DNA of 64,000 nt from an uncultured virus (IMG/VR IMGVR_UViG_3300048926_000232) (taxonomy: Duplodnaviria; Heunggongvirae; Uroviricota; Caudoviricetes). A program made the position numbers and the translations under genes. Positions 1 through 9,516 of the stretch are shown here, piece after piece (position 1 is the first letter of the stretch; each line of letters begins with the position of its first letter). The DNA lies in IMG/VR virus record IMGVR_UViG_3300048926_000232; one strand, 5' to 3'. The notes under the pieces are model-generated. The model worked only from the letters and a program-made list of their open reading frames with translations. It was not told the origin of the DNA and ran no database searches.

Positions 1-149
1 CATTTTTGACGACAGCGCGCCGGGCATGCTGCGCAAGCCTAATGGAATGGAATTGGGCAATATCGAGGCCAACCCCGAGGTGAAGAGGGCGCTTGAAGCG
101 TGGCGCACCGCCAAGGCCATTCGCAAGGCAAGATCGGCTGGCTCGGACG

Positions 150-344
150 ATGAGATATTCCATTGAGGAACATTTCAACGGGACTTTTTACGTTCAGGAC
201 GGCCCCCGCGTTCTATCGGCGGGACACCCGAACCGGGAGTCGGCCGAACGTTGGGCAATCGAATTTGGCGACGAACCAACAAGGCCGCCAACACGGCAAC
301 CGAGGAAAGGGGATAGCTATGAGCGTTGGGCGCGAGACGATTGA
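150..344 (+). CDS. Hypothetical phage protein
   Basis: ATG at 150 inside ORF 93..344; member of a tightly packed + strand run. Confidence 0.5.
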   Translation: MRYSIEEHFNGTFYVQDGPRVLSAGHPNRESAERWAIEFGDEPTRPPTRQPRKGDSYERWARDD

Positions 345-636
345 AGAAGACGACGAAATCGACACCGAAACCTCGTTTATGATTGTCGATCAGGTAAAGC
401 CGATTTTGGCCGGCACCGGGAACGCGGCCCAAGGCGCGGCCCTTTGCACGTTGGTCGGGCTCTATCTTGCCGGCCATCACCCATCGCTGAGATTCGAGCT
501 CATGGCCGAAATGGCAAGTTGTATGCTCGACATGTGCGAAACGCTCGAACTCGAGCTTTACGGGGAGGGCGGCTATGAGGACGCCGCCCGCAAGCGCGCC
601 GCCGCCGAACAGGCAAAAAGGGCGGGCGAGTCGTGA
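319..636 (+). CDS. Hypothetical phage protein
   Basis: ATG 319 after AGGGGA; stop overlaps next GTG start. Confidence 0.7.
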   Translation: MSVGRETIEEDDEIDTETSFMIVDQVKPILAGTGNAAQGAALCTLVGLYLAGHHPSLRFELMAEMASCMLDMCETLELELYGEGGYEDAARKRAAAEQAKRAGES

Positions 637-941
637 GCCGCGCCAAAGACGAATTCGACGCCAACAAGCCCGGCCAACGGTTGGGTGATAAGCCGGTTGA
701 CGCGGAATATCACGCCAAAATGGTCGCCGTGGTGGAAACCCTTGACGACTTGTTCAACGGGCAGAAGCCCCGGCCGCCGAAAAAGGTAGGCTTTGTGCTT
801 CTGGTCTTTCCCTACGGAGCCGAAGACGGCCGCCGCTGCAATTTCATGAGCAACGGCGCCGACAGGAAAGCAGTTACCGTTCTCATGAAAGAAATGGTTG
901 CCCGCTTTGAGGGCCAAGCGGAGATCAAAGGCAATGGTTAG
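633..941 (+). CDS. Hypothetical phage protein
   Basis: GTGA overlap with upstream gene; GFVLLVFPYG...NFMSN motif. Confidence 0.75.
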   Translation: MSRAKDEFDANKPGQRLGDKPVDAEYHAKMVAVVETLDDLFNGQKPRPPKKVGFVLLVFPYGAEDGRRCNFMSNGADRKAVTVLMKEMVARFEGQAEIKGNG

Positions 942-1368
942 CGCCAAATACTGGAAACTGAACGAAGACAAACAGCCGGTAGAGTGCGGGCTTTTGGAAT
1001 GGGGCGAATTCTTCGGCGACGACGAAAAGCGCCGCGTTGCCTACACGCAAACCGAACATTTCGAGGTATCGACTGTCTTCCTCGGTTTGGACCACAGTTT
1101 CGGAAGAAACGGCCCGCCAATCCTGTTTGAAACCATGATTTTCAACCGCGCCGAAACCGGCGCCAGCGAAACCGATACGCGCGAAATCCTCAAGGGCGCC
1201 GATTGCTTCCGCTATGCCTCATGGGATGACGCCGAAACCGGCCACGCCACCGCCGTTCGCCGCGTCTTGTTGGCCGAAAGTTTCCCGGCGGCCGAAATCG
1301 AACGGTTCTTGGCGGATATGCCGGAACACTTGGCGCGGCACTTTCTGGATTTGTTGCCGGGCAAATAG
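934..1368 (+). CDS. Hypothetical phage protein
   Basis: VSTVFLGLDHSF...PILFETMIF motif, familiar from phage hypotheticals; overlaps upstream stop. Confidence 0.75.
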   Translation: MVSAKYWKLNEDKQPVECGLLEWGEFFGDDEKRRVAYTQTEHFEVSTVFLGLDHSFGRNGPPILFETMIFNRAETGASETDTREILKGADCFRYASWDDAETGHATAVRRVLLAESFPAAEIERFLADMPEHLARHFLDLLPGK

Positions 1369-1479
1369 GGGCGCCCGAACGGCGCCCCGGACGAGAACAG
1401 ACCAATTCCAGGCAAAGGAGGGAGCGAGCGAAAGCATATGGCGGCCCGCTAATATGTGACGAACAAACGGAGAAACATC

Positions 1480-2922
1480 ATGAACGTGAATTTACCGAGC
1501 AAAACGCCAATCGTTGGCGACGACGCACAAATAGACTGGACCCGGATCGATACCGGGTTGGAATTCAACGGGAAGAAAATTGTTCTTCCCGGCGAACCCG
1601 GCGAAATGCCCTATCAAGTCGCTATCGAAACAATCGGACGGATCGCCGAGGCCGAGGCGCAAGTCTATGCCGTAACCGAACACGTTGACGGCCTGCCATG
1701 GGATTCGGCCGTCGCCCTCTACCGTGCCATGCAACAGATTTATGGAGTCGTTCTTCCGCAATCGATTCCTACATGGTTTGGCCCGAAACCGCCTACTTTC
1801 CTGACAATCAGGGTAGGCGTTGGCGATACCGACCTGATTCAGGTTCCCATGGGCAGCATGAGCCTGCCGGGGATCAAGAAGCCGGTACGGGTAGGGATCA
1901 ATTATGCCGGCGCGTTCATTGCCGGCGAAGTGAACAAGAAGGATCAGGCGCGGCTTATCGAAATCGCCAACCTTGCCCGCCAGTTCATTCGACGTGACAG
2001 CATTTACCGGGGCAAGGCTATTGCCCTCAAGGTGGATGAAGACGGCGACTTGATGCTAGACGAACAGCCGGCTTTCCTCGATCTCGCCACCGTCAAGGAA
2101 ACCGACCTCATACACAACGAACTGACCGAGGCGATTATCCGCACGGCCATTTTCGCGCCGCTCAAGCATACCGACGATTGCCGGCGGCATAATATCCCGC
2201 TCAAGCGCGGTATTCTCTTGGAGGGGCGTTGGGGTTGCGGCAAGTCATTGACGGCCCGCGTCACCGCCAAGATTGCCCAAGATAACGGTTGGAGTTTCCT
2301 GCTTATCGACCGGGCGCAAGGCTTGAAAGCGGCCCTTACCATGGCGCGCCGGTACGAACCATGCGTGGTTTTTGCCGAAGACCTGGACCGGTTCGCGGAT
2401 CGCGGCGACGAAAAAGTGAATGCGCTTATCAACGACCTTGACGGGCTTGTGCCGGCAAGCGCGGCCGTAATGACCATTCTCACTACGAACCACGTGGAGA
2501 ATATCGACAAGGCTTTGTTGCGCCCCGGCCGGCTGGACGCGGTAATTTCGATTGACGCCCCCGACGCGCAAACCGTGACGCGGGTAATCAGGCATTACGC
2601 GTCAACCCTATTGGCGCCCGATACCGACTTGGCGCGGGTAGGGGGCATTCTTGCCGGGCAAATCCCGGCGGCGATTGCCGAAATCGTCAAGCGGGCGAAA
2701 CTTGCCATGCTTGTAGAGGGCCGGGGCCACTTGGAAGAGGCGGATTTGGTGATAGCCGCCGAAAGCGCAATGCGCCATTTGGCCTTGCTTGAGGATAAGG
2801 CCGAAGAGCCGACGCCCGGCGACAAATTGGCCGAAATCCTTACGGGCTTCGTAACCGAGGGCGTTCACGGCCACGCTGAAACGCTCATGGAAAAGCTGGC
2901 CGACATTCGCAATCAGGTCTGA
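1480..2922 (+). CDS. AAA+ family ATPase
   Basis: Walker A GRWGCGKS, Walker B VVFAEDLD, sensor TTN, SRH ALLRPGRLD. Confidence 0.92.
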   Translation: MNVNLPSKTPIVGDDAQIDWTRIDTGLEFNGKKIVLPGEPGEMPYQVAIETIGRIAEAEAQVYAVTEHVDGLPWDSAVALYRAMQQIYGVVLPQSIPTWFGPKPPTFLTIRVGVGDTDLIQVPMGSMSLPGIKKPVRVGINYAGAFIAGEVNKKDQARLIEIANLARQFIRRDSIYRGKAIALKVDEDGDLMLDEQPAFLDLATVKETDLIHNELTEAIIRTAIFAPLKHTDDCRRHNIPLKRGILLEGRWGCGKSLTARVTAKIAQDNGWSFLLIDRAQGLKAALTMARRYEPCVVFAEDLDRFADRGDEKVNALINDLDGLVPASAAVMTILTTNHVENIDKALLRPGRLDAVISIDAPDAQTVTRVIRHYASTLLAPDTDLARVGGILAGQIPAAIAEIVKRAKLAMLVEGRGHLEEADLVIAAESAMRHLALLEDKAEEPTPGDKLAEILTGFVTEGVHGHAETLMEKLADIRNQV

Positions 2923-2930
2923 TCCTTGCG

Positions 2931-2961
2931 CCGCCCTGCCGATTGTGGCGGGGCGGTTTTT
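2931..2961 (+). terminator. Rho-independent terminator
   Basis: CCGCCCTGCC/GGCGGGGCGG stem then TTTTT, directly after the ATPase stop. Confidence 0.7.
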
Positions 2962-2975
2962 CATTGGGGGCTCGT

Positions 2976-3398
2976 ATGAAGCCGAAAGACGCAAACGTTC
3001 CGTGCGGGGCATGCACTGCTTGCTGCTGGCAGACAGACATTCACTTGTTGCCCGAGCATGGCGACCGCGCCGCCGATTTTGAACACCGCGTTCCAACCGT
3101 GAACCCCCTTACCGGCGTTCCCGGTTTCAAGCTTGCGCATTCCTCGGACGGCTCATGCGTCTATCTGACGGCCGCCGGCTGCAGCATTTACGACAAGCGG
3201 CCGACTATCTGCCGCGTCTATGACTGCCGGCGCATGTATTTGCGATTGGGCAATCATGCCGACCGAAAGCAGGCCGTGAGAGACGGGCTTGTAGACAAGG
3301 CCGTTTTGCGGGCGGCACGCGCCCGCCTGCATACGCTTACGCCCGAGGAAATCGCCGAAGAAAAGAAAGTGCAGACCATGGGTTGGGTTCACCCATGA
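2976..3398 (+). CDS. YkgJ-like cysteine-cluster protein
   Basis: CGACTACC...CVYL...CSIYDKRPTICRVYDC. Confidence 0.85.
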   Translation: MKPKDANVPCGACTACCWQTDIHLLPEHGDRAADFEHRVPTVNPLTGVPGFKLAHSSDGSCVYLTAAGCSIYDKRPTICRVYDCRRMYLRLGNHADRKQAVRDGLVDKAVLRAARARLHTLTPEEIAEEKKVQTMGWVHP

Positions 3399-3443
3399 AC
3401 GCGGCGCCTGGTAGCTCCAAAAACTGATTTGAGGGGAATGCTT

Positions 3444-4037
3444 ATGAGACCGCCCGAAATCCTACGCCGTCAAACTCTCTGGTCGATCCTTTCGGTTGAC
3501 GAAATGCATGAGCTTATGGCCGTCGAAGTCGAAAACAATTTCGACCGGTTCGGCGAAAACCTGCCGACATGGGCGCTCCAATTGCCGCACGAACTGATTT
3601 GGCTGAGAACATTTTTTTCCGACGATCGCGAAAAATGGGCCGTGGTTCAAACCGTCAAAGCGATGCTCGCCGCTACCGGCGCCATTGCCTATTCGTTTTC
3701 GTTCGAGGCCTTTGTTTCCGTCTATCAACGGCACGAAATGGACGAGAACGGACGCCCTGAAAAAATGCCGTCCGAACGCGAGGAGAGCAAGCGCGACAAT
3801 GTTTGCTTGCTGTTCACGCATCGGCGGACAGGCGGCGACCGCATGAGCCAGTACCTTGTGAACGTGCGAACCCACGGCAGGCGGAATTTCCTTGGCCCGC
3901 GCCAAGATTTGGACGGGCAATACGCCAATCAGACCGGCAACTTGATGAATCTGTTTCGCCAAGAGGATTTCGAGTCCGCCGCTGAAATGTTCCGGAAAGC
4001 TCGCGACGAACTGTTTAAGGGAAGCCGCCAGACATGA
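3444..4037 (+). CDS. Hypothetical phage protein
   Basis: GAGGGG RBS; ATGA overlap with next gene. Confidence 0.75.
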   Translation: MRPPEILRRQTLWSILSVDEMHELMAVEVENNFDRFGENLPTWALQLPHELIWLRTFFSDDREKWAVVQTVKAMLAATGAIAYSFSFEAFVSVYQRHEMDENGRPEKMPSEREESKRDNVCLLFTHRRTGGDRMSQYLVNVRTHGRRNFLGPRQDLDGQYANQTGNLMNLFRQEDFESAAEMFRKARDELFKGSRQT

Positions 4038-4285
4038 GCCCGCAATGGATATTCGTGTTGCTATGCACCGGTCAGCTGATCCTATCGCTGACAATCATTC
4101 TCTTGCTTGTTCAGTTCGTCCAGCTTCGAAATTTCATGGGGTGGCACGCGCGGCAAATGGCGGCAATGCAGCTTGAGAATACGCGCCTTTACGCGTTCAT
4201 CCACGGCAAGCCGCTACCGGAATCCGTCGAAGACGAATTGAAGGAAATTCTGACAAGCACGCCGCCTAACGCGAGGAAGCACTGA
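4034..4285 (+). CDS. Small protein with N-terminal transmembrane helix
   Basis: Hydrophobic N-terminal ~28 aa; coupled start. Confidence 0.65.
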   Translation: MSPQWIFVLLCTGQLILSLTIILLLVQFVQLRNFMGWHARQMAAMQLENTRLYAFIHGKPLPESVEDELKEILTSTPPNARKH

Positions 4286-4286
4286 C

Positions 4287-4493
4287 ATGATGGGGCGCAA
4301 CGGCCAACACTGCCGTTTTATGCCGGCCTTGGTTCGAGGCGAATGGTTGGTAAGGAACGAAGACGGTTTTTTTCATGTTGGCCCGTTCCATTCCGAAGCC
4401 GCCGCGCTGCGCTTCGCTTTCGCATGTTCGGAGGCGCTAGAGGCCATGGAGGAAATCCAGAGGTTTGCGGACAATGAGCAACCGGCCAAGTGA
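4287..4493 (+). CDS. Hypothetical protein
   Basis: Packed in the operon. Confidence 0.55.
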   Translation: MMGRNGQHCRFMPALVRGEWLVRNEDGFFHVGPFHSEAAALRFAFACSEALEAMEEIQRFADNEQPAK

Positions 4494-4680
4494 ACAATGG
4501 GTTGAAAGCAAATGCCGCCCCGGCGCCGCGTCCAATACCTGCCGCTATCTTCTGGCAGACGGCGACGGGTGGCAATGCGGCAAGTGGATTCCAGAGATAC
4601 GAACCCAAATCCAGAGGCGGATAAATGCCGGCGCCATGAACGCGCAAGGCGACAATTGCGAAGGGTTGAAGGGGCCATGA
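4474..4680 (+). CDS. Small Cys-containing hypothetical protein
   Basis: KC...CRYL...QC...GDNCEG; ATGA overlap with next gene. Confidence 0.6.
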   Translation: MSNRPSEQWVESKCRPGAASNTCRYLLADGDGWQCGKWIPEIRTQIQRRINAGAMNAQGDNCEGLKGP

Positions 4681-4928
4681 CAAGAGGCGGACTTACGATT
4701 TTGTGCGAACAGTGCAAGCGGCCCGGTTTCGCGTTGACCGCCTGGAATGGCGAAGCCTTGCGCAAGGGCGCCGAGGCAATCGGGTGGTCGTTCCATGGCC
4801 CCGAGGCAAACAGTCGCGGCCCGGTTTTCGTGCTTTGCCATTCCTGCCGGTTCTCACGTGAGGCCACCAGCGAACAGGAATCGCGGCCGGCCCCAACCCG
4901 CCGCCGTCCGTTCTACCCCGAGCATTGA
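4677..4928 (+). CDS. Small zinc-ribbon-like protein
   Basis: CEQC...CHSC. Confidence 0.55.
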   Translation: MTRGGLTILCEQCKRPGFALTAWNGEALRKGAEAIGWSFHGPEANSRGPVFVLCHSCRFSREATSEQESRPAPTRRRPFYPEH

Positions 4929-4986
4929 AAAGGGGCGGCGCCCTGATCGACACCACCCCTCCGCACTGGCCGTAAGGCCGGGTGAT

Positions 4987-5481
4987 TTAAGATTTCGGCG
5001 CCGGGGTAGGCTGAATCGGCGGGGTTACCGTGCCGCCCGAAGGCGGCGGCTTGGGAAGGGAATTGTCGGGCGTATCGGGATTGCCAACACTGCCGCCGCC
5101 GCCAGACGGAATGTAAATCCAGCCGTAAACCGGCGACCACGCCAGAATGAATCCGCCGCTGATCGGGTTGGACGGATGGCCGCCGCTACCTTCGCCGCCC
5201 GGCGCGACTGGCGTGGTCGGGAAGAGCGGCGGCGGTACTGAGGGGATAGGCGGAAGGCCGTTGCCCGGATAGGCCGGCGCCCACGGCGGCCGGTTGCCGA
5301 CATGACCGCCGCCGGGCAGTGCATTGCCCGGATAGGCCGGAACCCAAGGAAGCCCGTTGTCGATATGGCCGCCGCCCGGCAGCGCGTTGCCGGGATAGGC
5401 CGGCGGAATAGGAAGGCTATTGTCTGGATAGCCGGGCGAGCCGCCGACCGGGATCACGAGCGCAAGAAAAGCACCTTGCAT
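4987..5481 (-). CDS. Pro/Gly-rich repeat protein
   Basis: AAGGAGA RBS on the - strand; 21-aa repeat PAYPGNALPGGGH..N..PW. Confidence 0.75.
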   Translation of the reverse strand: MQGAFLALVIPVGGSPGYPDNSLPIPPAYPGNALPGGGHIDNGLPWVPAYPGNALPGGGHVGNRPPWAPAYPGNGLPPIPSVPPPLFPTTPVAPGGEGSGGHPSNPISGGFILAWSPVYGWIYIPSGGGGSVGNPDTPDNSLPKPPPSGGTVTPPIQPTPAPKS

Positions 5482-5587
5482 TTGATTTCTCCTTGATTGG
5501 GCAACCCGTCATGGATTGCGCTTTCAACTTAACTTAGCGAGGCTTATTTTAACACCGCTACAATTCGGAAAAGTGAAGGAGGAAACC

Positions 5588-5785
5588 GTGAAACGCGAAA
5601 AACGCTCCCGCGAATATGCGCAGCAACCCGTCAACAATCTTCGGCGAACCCAACCGAACCTCGCCGAATTCACGGATGACCAGATCGACAAGGCGCATAG
5701 GCAATGGGCCGGTTCGGGCGACTTTCCCGACGAAAGCCTGATCTATCGTTGGGTGGAGCCCGTCGAATATGAAGAAGACGAATAG
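5588..5785 (+). CDS. Hypothetical protein
   Basis: GTG after AGGAGG; overlaps HNH start. Confidence 0.6.
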   Translation: MKREKRSREYAQQPVNNLRRTQPNLAEFTDDQIDKAHRQWAGSGDFPDESLIYRWVEPVEYEEDE

Positions 5786-6161
5786 CCCCTATGACCACCA
5801 ATGGCAGCAACTCCGCAAACGGTATCTCCGCGCCTTCCCCATTTGCCAGGTGAAGGGTTGCGGCAAGAAGGCCCAACATGTGGACCACATACTTACCGTG
5901 AGGGCGGCGCCGCATAGGCGGTTGGACATAACCAACCTTGAAGGCCTATGCCACCATCACCATAGCGTGCTTACTGCAGTCTATGACGGGGGCAGGGTAG
6001 TGCCCTATGCATGTGACGAACAAGGATATCCAATTGACGGGGGGCACCCATGGGGCGCCGCTACCGGAAAGGAGGCCATCAGGATCGTGAACGCTACCCA
6101 TGACATGAGCCCCATGGACAGGGCCAAGGCCAAGCGGCAGGCAGTGCTAGGCAGGACATAG
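5769..6161 (+). CDS. HNH endonuclease (terminase-associated)
   Basis: YDHQWQQLR...C..C...HVDHI...NLEGLCHHHHS; sits just upstream of TerS. Confidence 0.9.
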   Translation: MKKTNSPYDHQWQQLRKRYLRAFPICQVKGCGKKAQHVDHILTVRAAPHRRLDITNLEGLCHHHHSVLTAVYDGGRVVPYACDEQGYPIDGGHPWGAATGKEAIRIVNATHDMSPMDRAKAKRQAVLGRT

Positions 6162-6289
6162 GCAGGCAGGCATGCGCTATGCAGACCTTGCATAGATTTA
6201 TCAGGTTCCTCCCCGATATCATGCATATGCGAGTGATACGCAATACCGCATTCCATTTGCCTCTAGAATGGAATGGTCATTCTATTTTC

Positions 6290-6560
6290 GATTAACTCAT
6301 TGATATCATTATTATATTCGACGTTCCTTCAACCGCGGAATTCATAATAATTTCAATGGGATGGGGGCGGGCGAGCCTCGTAACCGGGGGGGGAAGGTCG
6401 AAAGTGAGGCCCCCGGTCTGCCCCGACCGCCCCCTCTCCCTCGCATTTTATTCCGCGATTGATTTCAGACGCCCCAAAATTGCAGTGCGGCTAAAAAATA
6501 GAACGCCTATTCTATTTCTGCTAAAAATGCCAAAATAACGCCGGGAAATTGCAACATGCG
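6290..6560. other. Candidate cos/packaging region
   Basis: Non-coding gap between HNH and TerS: AT-rich block, then GGGGGGGGAAGGTCGAAAGT...CCCCGACCGCCCCCTCTCCCTCGCATTTT, the layout typical of HK97/P27-like cos phages. Confidence 0.6.
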
Positions 6561-6574
6561 GAGATTGCATAGCT

Positions 6575-7069
6575 ATGTCTCGGTTGCGCAAGCCGGCGAA
6601 AATCAAGATTGCCGAAGGGAATAGAGCAAAGCAGGGATTGGCGAAAATCGGCGTTGACCTCATTACCAACGGCAAGCCGACGCCGCCCGACCATTTGACG
6701 GACATCGAGGCCCGGTTATGGCGGGAGATAACGTGGTCATTGCCGGATGATCTGCTTTCGCAAGCGGATATCGGCATATTAGAGCGGCATGTAATTGCAT
6801 GGGCGCGGTTCCGCGATTGCCAAGAGAAAATCAGAAAAACCGGCTTGTTGGTTCAATCGCCGCAAGGGCCGATCAGGAACCCATTGCTTACCGCCCAAAA
6901 TCAGGCGGCGAAGGAAATGCACATTACCGGCGGCCATCTAGGCTTATCGCCTGCAGCGCGCGCCGCCCTTAGCCAACCGCTACCGCGCAAGACGGACCCC
7001 ATGGATTACCTGCTTGGCATGGATGAGGGGGAACAATGGATGCCGCCCGCAATGAACAAGAGGAATTGA
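6575..7069 (+). CDS. terS: Terminase small subunit (P27 family)
   Basis: KP..IK..EGN; PTPPDHL...W; NPLL; LGLSPAARA. Confidence 0.9.
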   Translation: MSRLRKPAKIKIAEGNRAKQGLAKIGVDLITNGKPTPPDHLTDIEARLWREITWSLPDDLLSQADIGILERHVIAWARFRDCQEKIRKTGLLVQSPQGPIRNPLLTAQNQAAKEMHITGGHLGLSPAARAALSQPLPRKTDPMDYLLGMDEGEQWMPPAMNKRN

Positions 7070-7073
7070 GCCA

Positions 7074-7955
7074 ATGAGAGAGTTTTGGCCCGCCGACGCG
7101 GTAGGGCGGCGCCCCGTCGCCAGTCTTACGCCATACCTGAAAAACGCCCGCACGCATTCGGAGGCGCAAATTCGGCAGATTGCCGAAAGCATCCGCGAAT
7201 TCGGGTTCACGGTTCCGGTTCTGATTGACGAAGGGGGGAACCTGATTGCCGGGCACGGCCGGGTTCTAGCCGCCGTGGCGCTTGGCCTGGTAGACGTGCC
7301 GACCATGGTTGCGCGCGGCTGGACGGAACGGCAAATCAGGGCCTACCGGATTGCCGACAACAAGCTAGCGCTGAATTCGGATTGGGATTTCGGGCTGCTC
7401 GCAATCGAACTTGAGGAATTGGCCGGAATGGAAAGCCTGATTGGCTTTTCGGAAGACGAACTGATTGCGCTTTTCAAGGGCGAACAGGCGGCGGCCGTTA
7501 TCACGCCGGCAGAGGCGCACAAGAAACTTTCCGAACGGTTCGGCATACCGCCCTTTACGGTTTTAAACGCGCGTGAGGGTTGGTGGCAGGACCGCAAGCG
7601 GGCGTGGATTGGCTTAGGCATTCAATCGGAACTAGGCCGGGGCGAACCTGCAGCCGAGCCCGGCCCGGACGGCTACCGCAAAACCGCAAGCGAAGAGCAG
7701 TTTGCCAAAACCCGGTTCACGCGCGCCGGCCCGCAAACGGCGTCATTGAAGGGCGGGAAAACCGTACATACGACCGCCGACCCGTACCGGAAAAACAGGA
7801 AGACGCCGGCCGGCGTTGTGGCCGGCAACGGTTGGGATGGCGGCGTGGCGCGGCGTGACGCGGCTTTCTACAACAAAAAGCGGGCTTGGGAAAAAGCCAA
7901 CGGCCGCAAGATTTCGACAACCGAATTCCGGGAAAACTATTGGGGCGGCCAATGA
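7074..7955 (+). CDS. ParB/Srx-like N-terminal domain protein (N-terminal part of a ParB-methylase unit)
   Basis: LTPYLKNARTHSEAQIRQIAESIREFGFTVPVLID...AGHGRVLAA...YRIADNKLA. Confidence 0.9.
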   Translation: MREFWPADAVGRRPVASLTPYLKNARTHSEAQIRQIAESIREFGFTVPVLIDEGGNLIAGHGRVLAAVALGLVDVPTMVARGWTERQIRAYRIADNKLALNSDWDFGLLAIELEELAGMESLIGFSEDELIALFKGEQAAAVITPAEAHKKLSERFGIPPFTVLNAREGWWQDRKRAWIGLGIQSELGRGEPAAEPGPDGYRKTASEEQFAKTRFTRAGPQTASLKGGKTVHTTADPYRKNRKTPAGVVAGNGWDGGVARRDAAFYNKKRAWEKANGRKISTTEFRENYWGGQ

Positions 7956-8851
7956 GCAAGGCAACGGCGATACCGGGGGGCGGAACCGGCCCGAATAGCG
8001 TCTATCGCAAGCGCGGCCGCAAAGCCAAGCCGGCGCATACCGTCAACGAATGGGTTCGCGAAACCATTACGAACGGCAACGAAAACAGCACGCAACTTTC
8101 AGCCAATCAGACGGGAACGAGCATATTCGACCCGGTTCTAACCGAGCTTTGCTATCGTTGGTTCTGCCCGCCGGGCGGGCTGATTATCGACCCGTTCGCG
8201 GGCGGGAGCGTTCGCGGAATCGTCGCGTCTATCCTTGGCCGCGAATATATCGGGGTTGACTTGAGCGCGCGGCAGATTGCCGCCAACCGGGAGCAGGCCG
8301 AGGCCATATGCAACGGCTACCTGCCGCAATGGCATATAGGCGATAGCCGCAATATCGGGGCTCTCCTGGAAAACACGCGCGGCGATTTCCTGTTTTCGTG
8401 CCCGCCCTATGCCGATCTCGAGATTTATTCCGAGGACGAACGGGATTTATCGACGCTGCGCTATCCGGAATTCCGGGTTGCCTACAAGCACGTCATTGCC
8501 GAGGCCGCCGCGCTGCTCAAGCCCAACCGGTTCGCCTGTTTCGTGGTTGGCGAGGTGAGGGGGAAAGACGGCATTTATTACGGCTTTGTGCCCGATACCA
8601 TTGCGGCGTTCGAGGCCGCCGGCCTGAGATATTACAACGAGGCCATTCTAGTTACCCAAGCCGGTTCGTTGCCTATCCGCGTTGGAAAGCAGTTCGAAAC
8701 TACGCGCAAGCTAGGCAAGACGCACCAAAACGTTCTGGTTTTCGTCAAGGGGGACGCGCGCGCCGCAACTGAGGCGGTTGGGCAAGTGGAATTCGGCGCC
8801 ATTGGCGGGGGCGACGACATGGCCGGCCTTGAGGTTGTCGCCCATGGGTAA
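7952..8851 (+). CDS. Amino (N6A/N4C) DNA methyltransferase
   Basis: SAM motif DPFAGGSVRG; catalytic FSCPPY; ATGA coupling to upstream gene. Confidence 0.88.
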   Translation: MSKATAIPGGGTGPNSVYRKRGRKAKPAHTVNEWVRETITNGNENSTQLSANQTGTSIFDPVLTELCYRWFCPPGGLIIDPFAGGSVRGIVASILGREYIGVDLSARQIAANREQAEAICNGYLPQWHIGDSRNIGALLENTRGDFLFSCPPYADLEIYSEDERDLSTLRYPEFRVAYKHVIAEAAALLKPNRFACFVVGEVRGKDGIYYGFVPDTIAAFEAAGLRYYNEAILVTQAGSLPIRVGKQFETTRKLGKTHQNVLVFVKGDARAATEAVGQVEFGAIGGGDDMAGLEVVAHG

Positions 8852-9464
8852 GCGGATCATTTGCGCCGACGCACTGCGATGGTTGGCGAACGATTGCCCG
8901 CCGTGCGCAATCGTGACTTCGCCCCCGGAAATGGCCGAACTGCAGATTAGCTTGGCGGAATATGAAGAATGGTACGGGAACGCCATTCGCCTATGCATGC
9001 GCGCCGCCGGGCCGGGTTGCCCGGTTGTCGTCTATGCGACAGACCGAAAGGCGGAGGGCCAATGGGTTTCCAAGCCGGCGCTGATTGTCTCAATCGCCAA
9101 GGCTTACGGTTGGCGGCTGCTATGGCACCGCATTGTTCTTAGCCGGGACGTGGGCAAGGTGGATTTGCACCGCCCCGGCTATGCCCACTTGTTGGCGGTA
9201 GGGCCGGCTGATTGCCGGCCCGGCGTTGCGCTTCCTGATGTAATGGAGCGCGGCCACATGCTTTACCCCGACGCTATGGGGTTCATACCCGGCCGGGTGT
9301 CCGTCAATTTCGCGGGCGCCTATTCAAACTTAATCGTTGACCCTTTTTGCGGGCGCGGAACCGTGCCGGCGATTGCGGAAGCTCTAGGATTCGAGGCGAT
9401 AGGGGTAGATATCGACCCCACGCAATGCGCCCATGCCGAAAAAATCAGTCTCAAGGCCCAATGA
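8844..9464 (+). CDS. Methyltransferase-like protein with atypical motif IV
   Basis: IVTSPPEM (SPPY-like) and IVDPFCGRGT...IGVDID. Confidence 0.75.
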   Translation: MGKRIICADALRWLANDCPPCAIVTSPPEMAELQISLAEYEEWYGNAIRLCMRAAGPGCPVVVYATDRKAEGQWVSKPALIVSIAKAYGWRLLWHRIVLSRDVGKVDLHRPGYAHLLAVGPADCRPGVALPDVMERGHMLYPDAMGFIPGRVSVNFAGAYSNLIVDPFCGRGTVPAIAEALGFEAIGVDIDPTQCAHAEKISLKAQ

Positions 9465-9495
9465 AAAAGGCCGCGCTTTCGGCACGGCCTGTTTT
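9465..9495. terminator. Bidirectional terminator
   Basis: AAAAGGCCGCGC-TTTCG-GCACGGCCTGTTTT between convergent genes. Confidence 0.7.
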
Positions 9496-9516
9496 GCTGA
9501 GATTGCCCGCCGAACG

